Positions 57,872 to 64,000 of a stretch of 64,000 bases of DNA are shown piece after piece. The translations under genes were made by a program, and so were the position numbers. The notes beneath the pieces were generated by a model that was not told the origin of the DNA, searched no databases, and was given only the letters and a program-made list of their open reading frames with translations. This DNA is from an uncultured Clostridia bacterium. GTDB taxonomy: Bacteria > Bacillota > Clostridia > Oscillospirales > UMGS1783. The stretch covers positions 128,852 through 192,851 of the forward strand of contig CALKPL010000025.1 of NCBI GenBank assembly GCA_937991645.1, in the 5' to 3' direction. Position 1 is the stretch's first letter. Every line of letters begins with the position of its first letter.

Positions 57872-58771
57872 ATGGATACAATCATTCATGAAATGCAAGA
57901 TGAAGTACGGAAAAGCTCCCTTATGGAGGGCAGTAACAAAACGGGTATCCCGTTTGTAACAGCCTGGAATTTCACAAGCGATAAAATACGAATGCCAAAT
58001 ACGGAGAATCCATATCTTTATATCGTGCTTGACGGTATGCTTCGGCTTTATACGCCATCAGGAATTATGGATTACGTGGAAGGGCAATATTCCATATCCC
58101 AAATTGATACTCCGCTGTCAGGAACTGTTTTGACATTTTCCAGCCGGCAAGATTTTTTAGCGCTTTCTGTTGAATTCACCGTTTTTGATATCATAACAGC
58201 AGTTTTAGGTTTGGACAATGACCTGACTGAAAAAATTATTAGCGAAAACATGTACGAACAGGCTATGTCCCTTTCTGATAAAGCTGTTGTACAGTCAGTT
58301 TACAGACTTTTTTCAATAGGGAAAAAGGCGGTCCCCTCTGAATTTTTGCGCAAAAACATCATGCAAGAAGTCATATATCACATTCTCTGCGGTTCCTGCG
58401 GAAAACAGTTTCTTCAAAGCATAATAAATATCGGACAGGCAGATGAAATTTATAAGGCAAACAGTTGGATAAAAGAAAATTTCCGCAGTCCATTCACTGT
58501 AGAAGAACTGGCGAAACAAAGAAATATGAGCGTTTCACTGTTTCATCAGAAGTTCAAAAGCGCCGTGGGAATGGGTCCGCTGCAATGCCAAAAAAGGTTG
58601 CGGCTGACGGAAGCTAGGCGGCTGATGTTGGATGAAAACAAAAATGTAACCGAAGCGTCTATCGAGGTAGGATACGAAAGCCTCTCACAATTTATTCGAG
58701 ATTACCGTAAAATGTTTGATGCAGCGCCAAAGGAGGATATTCAGAAACTTCAAAGGCAGTTAAAGAAATAA
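57872..58771 (+). CDS. AraC-family transcriptional regulator
   Basis: C-terminal double HTH (FTVEELAKQRNMSVSLFHQKFK...VTEASIEVGYESLSQFIRDYRKMF). Low-GC gene. Confidence 0.85.
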   Translation: MDTIIHEMQDEVRKSSLMEGSNKTGIPFVTAWNFTSDKIRMPNTENPYLYIVLDGMLRLYTPSGIMDYVEGQYSISQIDTPLSGTVLTFSSRQDFLALSVEFTVFDIITAVLGLDNDLTEKIISENMYEQAMSLSDKAVVQSVYRLFSIGKKAVPSEFLRKNIMQEVIYHILCGSCGKQFLQSIINIGQADEIYKANSWIKENFRSPFTVEELAKQRNMSVSLFHQKFKSAVGMGPLQCQKRLRLTEARRLMLDENKNVTEASIEVGYESLSQFIRDYRKMFDAAPKEDIQKLQRQLKK

Positions 58772-58871
58772 GCAAGTTTTTAAGAGCAATAGGCAAGTAA
58801 AAAAAGCAGTTCATTTGTTATACTTTCATTGTCAGAGATTTTTGTATCAATGCGAAAATGGAGGTTTTCAA

Positions 58872-59294
58872 ATGATTTTAACAGATGAACTGTGTGATAA
58901 GCTATGTGCCGCCGCAAGAGAAAAGAGTAAAGAAATTGGCATCGATATCAGTTTTGCAATTTGCGATGAAAACGGTCTACCAAGAGCATACCGCCGGTAT
59001 GGGGAAGCGTTGGTTTTAAGCATAACCCTTGTACCTGGAAAAGCATATACGTCTGCCGTAACGCAATGTAAAACAAAAGATGTGGCGGCTGCTGCTGCAG
59101 AAGGCGCTTCTCTTATGGCAATTCAGACAAACGACCCTAAATTCACACTTGTGGCCGGCGGATATCCGCTATTTATAAATGGAAAGATTGCCGGTGGAAT
59201 CGGTGTTGGTGGAGGCACAGAAGAGCAAGACTGTAAAATTGCGGAATATGTGGTCCGCTTGTTTGAAAAACTGGCCGGTTCATTGTTCGTGTAA
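58872..59294 (+). CDS. GlcG/HbpS-like heme-binding protein (DUF336)
   Basis: The GK.YTSAV... region and GGYPLFINGKIAGGIGVGGGTEEQD signature. ATG 58872 follows a TGGAGG SD. Confidence 0.8.
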   Translation: MILTDELCDKLCAAAREKSKEIGIDISFAICDENGLPRAYRRYGEALVLSITLVPGKAYTSAVTQCKTKDVAAAAAEGASLMAIQTNDPKFTLVAGGYPLFINGKIAGGIGVGGGTEEQDCKIAEYVVRLFEKLAGSLFV

Positions 59295-59474
59295 AAAAGT
59301 AAGCCCATATTGTGCCGGCAATAACCTGGATAGTTAACAAATGCCTTGCAAGCAGTACGTTTTAAAAGCTCCGGAATACGTGATTCATAAATGTTCGCCG
59401 TAGCGCTGGAATCGGTAAGCGCACGCAGTATTGCACAGAATTTATTCGCCCTTTTCTGTCCTGTATAATCAAGA

Positions 59475-59506
59475 AAGCGCAAGCGGTTATAACGCTTGCG
59501 CTTTTC
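59475..59506. terminator. bidirectional terminator-like hairpin in non-coding tract
   Basis: 11-bp stem AAGCGCAAGCG/CGCTTGCGCTT with a 7-nt loop and T-rich flanks on both strands. Confidence 0.5.
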
Positions 59507-59751
59507 ATCGCGTATTCGGCAGAACTAAAAATGCTTTACTCTGCAAGCGCTGTAAACACAAGCAGAACAGTGGATATTTATAACGGCAAAAAAGCCTGTA
59601 TATTGCGGATTTCAGAAATTCCAAAATGCCGAGGACCATCCCTTGCAGACGGGACAATGCCGTTTTATTGATCCATATTGTAAAGAAATAGAAAAAGCAG
59701 GCTGGAAGCTTGTCTAGCGTTCTTCCGGTTTGTTGCATTCTGTGTATGTAT

Positions 59752-60228
59752 TTACTCCGCCTGCCAGCCTTTGCAGACGTCTACCCAGATATGTGCGTTT
59801 GCGTACCGTTCCAGTTCCTCAATCGACAGCTCAATTGCGCTGTTGCTGCTGCCACATGCAGGGAATACGGTTTCAAATCGTTTAAGCGACCGGTCTAAAA
59901 ACACTTGGATTCCATCGTTGACGGCAAAGGGGCAGACGCCGCCGACCGCATGACCGACCCATGCCTCCGCCTGCTCAGGCGACAGCATTTTCGCCTTCAC
60001 CCCGAACTGCGCTTTGTATTTAGCATTGTCTATTTTCGCGTCGCCCGCCGTCACGATTAGAAGTGGCCTGTCATTTGCGTTGAACGACAGTGTTTTTGCA
60101 ATCCGGCAGGGCTCGCAGTGCAGCGCCTCCGCCGCGAGTTCAACAGTTGCGCTTGAAACGGGAAACTCCTGGATTCGGTCTTCTATCCCATATTCCCTGA
60201 AAAATGCTTTCACTCTGTCTATTGCCAT
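59752..60228 (-). CDS. YbaK/EbsC-family aminoacyl-tRNA deacylase-like protein
   Basis: About 158 aa with the CRIAKTL.F motif and GHAVGGVCPF. Confidence 0.8.
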   Translation of the reverse strand: MAIDRVKAFFREYGIEDRIQEFPVSSATVELAAEALHCEPCRIAKTLSFNANDRPLLIVTAGDAKIDNAKYKAQFGVKAKMLSPEQAEAWVGHAVGGVCPFAVNDGIQVFLDRSLKRFETVFPACGSSNSAIELSIEELERYANAHIWVDVCKGWQAE

Positions 60229-60245
60229 ATTTTACTCCTCACAAT

Positions 60246-60734
60246 CTATGCGTTCAGTACGCTCCTGGCAAAACGGGCGATCGCTTCAGGGGAAACAGGT
60301 GGAGCCGTCATCTTTCCTGCCTGAATCGCCCTGGAAACTGCGCCGGCGACTAACCTGTCGATCCCTTTCTGCAGGCGCATATCCAGCTCGCCGCCCAAAG
60401 ACGCGCAAACAACAGCGGCCGAGATAAGGTCGGCCGGGATGCTGCGGCGCAGGATGCCGGCAGCGTCCGTGTCAAAGCTACAAAGAAAATAAGCGGTCCG
60501 CTTTTGTCGGAGCATGCTCTGGTTGGTTTGAATATACTTTGAAGCGGCCTTGTGCAGGGAGCCAAACCGAACGCCGCCGCCTATTATGACAATGTCATAT
60601 GCCGCGGGGTTGGGCGACGTCTGTGTCAGGTCGGCAAGCACGCAGTCTGGAAAATATGCGGCCAGCCGTTCGGTGCAGCTTCGGGCGGTACCGGTTTTGC
60701 TCGCATAGGCAATCAGTGTTTTCACATTTTTCAT
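60246..60734 (-). CDS. flavodoxin-domain protein
   Basis: Begins KTLIAYASKTGTA (flavodoxin FMN-loop-like) with a YDIVIIGGGV region. The start abuts the ABC permease stop. Confidence 0.7.
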   Translation of the reverse strand: MKNVKTLIAYASKTGTARSCTERLAAYFPDCVLADLTQTSPNPAAYDIVIIGGGVRFGSLHKAASKYIQTNQSMLRQKRTAYFLCSFDTDAAGILRRSIPADLISAAVVCASLGGELDMRLQKGIDRLVAGAVSRAIQAGKMTAPPVSPEAIARFARSVLNA

Positions 60735-61588
60735 CCCTTTCGTTTTCTGGATATACTCCAAACGGAAAGCAGAAAAAAGACAATGGCGACTGCAATCAGT
60801 ACAATCAGGTGTACCAGCGGCGTCGCGGTATATTCTCCGTACTGAAATACCATGCCCATCTCCGTATTAAACGCAGCTACAACGGATTCCGGCACATTGG
60901 CGAATGTAGCCGACATAGGCTCCGCCATGAACACATGCCGAAACAGGAGCGCTGCGTGGGACACGGGAAAGAGCTTGATAACCCAGCCGATAGACTCCGG
61001 CAGAACGCCGATGGGAATATAGATTCCCGTCAGAAAACCGATGAGCGTGCCGAGAATAGTGCTTGCCGTGGAGAAAGCGTTCATGCTTTTAAAAAAGCTT
61101 GTAATGAAAAAGACCATTGCGCTTGAGGACAAAACGGACAACAGAATGAGTCCTACCACTTTCAAAAGGCTCGTAAAGGGGAGCAGGCTGCCGCCGTATG
61201 CAACGATATAGAGTTCAATCAGAACCAGCGTCACAAGGCTTATAATCACACCAATTAAATAGGTGCTCACCACATATCCGCCCGCAATGGTGGAGCGCTT
61301 GAGCGGCGCTGTGAGGAAGTCGCGGTTATTTTTGCGCGCGCGGTCTTCCACCATAATCCCGAACGCCCCCATAGTCGATGTTATGGATGTAACAGCCATC
61401 AGTCCGGACGCAATCCAGCTGTCCATCAGGAACCTGACGCCGGGCAAGCCGTCCATGTCGGACGTAATAACGTCTCCTAAAAAGAGCACGTATAGCCCTA
61501 TAATGATAATTACGCTTAGAAAAGAGAAAAAGACGGAGGATTTATCCCGGAAAAAGATCTTTAGATTTCGTACGGCAAGGTTAATCAT
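60731..61588 (-). CDS. ABC-2 type transporter permease
   Basis: Begins MINLAVRNLKIFFRDKSS followed by 6 predicted TM segments. ATGA-type overlap with the upstream ATPase gene. Confidence 0.8.
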   Translation of the reverse strand: MINLAVRNLKIFFRDKSSVFFSFLSVIIIIGLYVLFLGDVITSDMDGLPGVRFLMDSWIASGLMAVTSITSTMGAFGIMVEDRARKNNRDFLTAPLKRSTIAGGYVVSTYLIGVIISLVTLVLIELYIVAYGGSLLPFTSLLKVVGLILLSVLSSSAMVFFITSFFKSMNAFSTASTILGTLIGFLTGIYIPIGVLPESIGWVIKLFPVSHAALLFRHVFMAEPMSATFANVPESVVAAFNTEMGMVFQYGEYTATPLVHLIVLIAVAIVFFLLSVWSISRKRKG

Positions 61589-62504
61589 GGTCCCGCAGCT
61601 CCTTTCCCGTGATGTTGAGAAACACGTCGTCCATCGTACCGTGTTGCACCTCAAAGCTCTCGATATACGGTTCCACGCTGTTTAAAATCCGGATCGCGGC
61701 CATCGTGCCGGGCAGGGGAACATTGCATATGCCATTTGTACATGTGTATGCGATCCCTAGTTCGGTCAATCTTGTCTGCAGCGCAGCGCGGTCGGAGGCA
61801 CGTAGCCGCAGGAGGTCGGAACTGTATTGCTCTCGCAGCGCGTCCGGCGTGCCTCGGGCAACAATCTCGCCGTTGTCTATGATCATGATGTAATCCGCAC
61901 CGGCCGCCTCTTCCATATAGTGCGTCGTGAGGAAAACGGTCATGTTGTTTTCTTTTTGGAGGGCGCGAATCGTCTCCCAGACATTTTTCTTGGTCTGTGG
62001 ATCAAGGCCCGTGGTCGGCTCGTCTAAAAACAGTATTTTGGGCGTATTGACCAGTGCGCGCGCAATATCCGTCCTTCGCCGCTGTCCGCCCGAGAGTTTT
62101 CCATAACGGCGGTTCAGAAACGGTTCGACGCCGGCAGTCTCAATCGCTCGCCGCACATTCGCTTCATAGTCCTGTCTATCCGAACCGTAGAGCCGGGCGC
62201 GCACAAGCAGATTTTCGCGTACGGACAGCAGCGGGTCAAGCACGCTGTCCTGAAAGACAACGCCGATTTTCCGCCGTATCTCGTCATCCTCACGCCCGAG
62301 CAGGTGTCCGTCGATCAGCACCTGCCCGGCGTCGGGGCGCAAAAGGGTACAGAGCATATCGATTGTAGTGGATTTACCGGCTCCATTCGGCCCCAGAAAA
62401 GCAAAGAGCTTACCGGCTTCCACATAAAAGTCGATCCCCTTGACTGCATCTACCGATCCGAAGCTTTTTGACAATCCGGTAACCTCAATGATTCTTTTCT
62501 CCAT
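61581..62504 (-). CDS. ABC transporter ATP-binding protein (DrrA-like)
   Basis: Walker A GPNGAGKST, signature LSGGQRRR, and Walker B ILFLDEPT. Confidence 0.9.
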   Translation of the reverse strand: MEKRIIEVTGLSKSFGSVDAVKGIDFYVEAGKLFAFLGPNGAGKSTTIDMLCTLLRPDAGQVLIDGHLLGREDDEIRRKIGVVFQDSVLDPLLSVRENLLVRARLYGSDRQDYEANVRRAIETAGVEPFLNRRYGKLSGGQRRRTDIARALVNTPKILFLDEPTTGLDPQTKKNVWETIRALQKENNMTVFLTTHYMEEAAGADYIMIIDNGEIVARGTPDALREQYSSDLLRLRASDRAALQTRLTELGIAYTCTNGICNVPLPGTMAAIRILNSVEPYIESFEVQHGTMDDVFLNITGKELRDHD

Positions 62505-62520
62505 TGTCCGCTCCTATTCC

Positions 62521-62559
62521 TAAAAATAGGGAGGCAGACAGGTTGTTGTCTGCCTCCCT
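62521..62559 (-). terminator. rho-independent terminator after PFOR gene
   Basis: 13-bp stem AGGGAGGCAGACA/TGTCTGCCTCCCT followed on the minus strand by ATTTTTA. Confidence 0.7.
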
Positions 62560-62571
62560 GACGCGGCTTTC

Positions 62572-64000
62572 TTACTCTACGCTATACAGATCAGAAAGGC
62601 GTTTGAGGTGTTCGTACCGCTGTTTTGCCGTTTCCGCAGCGTTTTCGAAGAGAACTTCCGCACGCTCCGGGAAACTGCGCTGGAGAGAGCTGTAACGGAC
62701 CTCGCCAAGGATGAAGTCCTTATACGATTCCGTAGGCTCCTTGGAGTCCAGCGTAAAGGGATTCTTGCCGGCTTCCGCGTTGCGGGGATCGAAGCGGAAC
62801 ATGTTCCAGTAGCCCGCGGCAACGGCGGCTTTCGCTTCGAGCATGGAGGAACCCATACCCTTACGGATACCGTGGTTGATACAGGGCGCGTACGCAATAA
62901 CGAGCGAAGGTCCATGATAGCTCTCGGCTTCGCTGAGCGCCTTGATGCACTGATTATAGTCTGCACCCATGCATACCTGCGCAGTGTAGACATAGCCGTA
63001 CGTCATGGCGATTTCAGCAAGGCTCTTTTTCTTGGTCTCTTTGCCCGCCGCCGCGAACTGGGCTACAGAACCTGTCGGCGTAGCCTTAGATGCCTGTCCG
63101 CCGGTGTTGCTGTAAACCTCGGTATCGAATACGAGGATGTTCACGTCTTTTCCGGAAGCAAGCACATGGTCGAGGCCGCCAAAACCGATGTCATAAGCCC
63201 AGCCGTCGCCGCCAAAGATCCAGACGGATTTCTTAGCGAGGAATTCCTTTTCGTCCAGCACTTTTTTGATCAGCGGAGTATTGGCGTTCTCAGGCGCGCT
63301 TTCAAGTACGGCAATCAGCTCGTCGGTCGCCACTCTGTTGGCGGAACCATCTTCATATGTGGCCCTCCACGCGTCGATTGCGGCTTTGGTCTTGTCGCAC
63401 GCGCCGGCGTAAATCTCGTCGAGATAACCCGCCAGGCGCTCCCGGACATGCGTGCTGCCCAGGTACATACCGTAACCGTATTCGGCGTTGTCTTCAAACA
63501 GGGAGTTCGCCCAGGAAGGACCGAATCCCTTGTGGTTTGTGGTGTAGGGAACAGAGGGAGCCGAGCCGCCCCAGATGGAAGAACAGCCCGTGGCGTTGGC
63601 AATATACATACGCTCGCCGAACAGCTGGGTTACAAGACGCGCATACGGTGTCTCGCCGCAACCGGCGCAGGCGCCGGAGTACTCAAGCAGCGGCTGCTTG
63701 AACTGCGACCCCTTGACCGTGTCGGGCTTGAAGGGGAGATCGGTCTTGATCTCGACCTCTTTACGCGCATAATCGAACTGCTCCTGCTTGGCGACTTCTT
63801 CCGCAAGCGGTTTCATGACAAGCGCCTTTTCTTTTGCGGGGCACGCGTTGGCGCATACGCCGCAGCCGGTGCAATCGAGCTGGGAAATGGTAATGCCGTA
63901 CTTATAGGACTCGCAACCCTTGCCGTTCATCTTGACAAGCTGCATACCGGCAGGCGCGCCTTCAGCTTCTTTTTCCGTCATAACGGTCGGGCGGATAACT
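62572..64000 (-). CDS. nifJ: pyruvate:ferredoxin (flavodoxin) oxidoreductase, C-terminal part (5' end lies beyond the window)
   Basis: Ferredoxin-type cluster CTGCGVCANACP, TPP-binding GGDGWAYDIG, and the typical PFOR C-terminus. The frame stays open to the window edge. Confidence 0.9.
   Translation of the reverse strand, partial: VIRPTVMTEKEAEGAPAGMQLVKMNGKGCESYKYGITISQLDCTGCGVCANACPAKEKALVMKPLAEEVAKQEQFDYARKEVEIKTDLPFKPDTVKGSQFKQPLLEYSGACAGCGETPYARLVTQLFGERMYIANATGCSSIWGGSAPSVPYTTNHKGFGPSWANSLFEDNAEYGYGMYLGSTHVRERLAGYLDEIYAGACDKTKAAIDAWRATYEDGSANRVATDELIAVLESAPENANTPLIKKVLDEKEFLAKKSVWIFGGDGWAYDIGFGGLDHVLASGKDVNILVFDTEVYSNTGGQASKATPTGSVAQFAAAGKETKKKSLAEIAMTYGYVYTAQVCMGADYNQCIKALSEAESYHGPSLVIAYAPCINHGIRKGMGSSMLEAKAAVAAGYWNMFRFDPRNAEAGKNPFTLDSKEPTESYKDFILGEVRYSSLQRSFPERAEVLFENAAETAKQRYEHLKRLSDLYSVE

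Noticed and set aside
59505-59738. 77-aa minus-strand ORF immediately downstream of ybaK.
   Set aside because: The sequence is Phe/Leu/Cys-rich and implausible, with no SD, in a low-GC tract. It is not called as a CDS and is mentioned only under the remnant-tract finding.
1-64000. Whole-window scan for CRISPR arrays, tRNA/rRNA genes, IS elements, integrases, prophage, toxin-antitoxin or defence-island genes.
   Set aside because: I could not recognise any regularly spaced direct repeats, cloverleaf-type sequences, or transposase, integrase, phage or nuclease-helicase signatures. Absence by eye is not proof. tRNAscan, Infernal, ISfinder and DefenseFinder runs would be decisive.

Overview
This window looks like a high-GC (about 58-60% by eye) Gram-positive, spore-forming Clostridia-type chromosome segment. 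Supporting signs are dpaA/dpaB, ytvI, the SRP-RNA-dnaX-ybaB-recR cluster, GGAGG Shine-Dalgarno sites, sigma-A type promoters, PFOR, and a split PurO-type/AICARFT PurH. An Oscillospiraceae/Ruminococcaceae-like origin is inference only. Gene content is overwhelmingly housekeeping. It includes replication/repair (dnaX, recR, polA, ruvX), translation (lepA, prfA, tsaC, tsaD, rimI, rlmB, mrnC) and a purine operon (purE-C-M-N, PurO-type cyclohydrolase, purH, purD) with a distant single-chain purL. Also present are folD, lgt, metA, aroK, coaE, rpe, an M16 peptidase pair, an M18 aminopeptidase, transporters, and a partial PFOR at the right edge. I see no rRNA/tRNA, no CRISPR array, no recognisable transposase/integrase/phage genes, and no convincing multi-gene defence or biosynthetic system. 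The long ORFs antisense to real genes are GC-driven artefacts. Items worth a second look: (1) an 18-bp perfect inverted repeat bracketing a 91-bp segment that holds a near-consensus promoter, just upstream of a low-GC sortase-anchored Cys/His-rich surface protein (candidate invertible phase-variation switch). (2) A cluster of DnaA-box-like TGTGGA repeats plus an AT-rich tract in the 390-bp gap downstream of tsaD. (3) A 2518-aa cyclic beta-1,2-glucan synthase-like GT84/GH94 giant with no adjacent exporter. (4) An 862-aa P-type-ATPase-like membrane protein whose catalytic motifs are degenerate. (5) A pur-operon leader with a hairpin-embedded 14-codon uORF and a terminator that does not match the purine riboswitch. 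(6) A TSUP transporter split into two half-size genes. All family calls come from motif recognition by eye and no searches were run.
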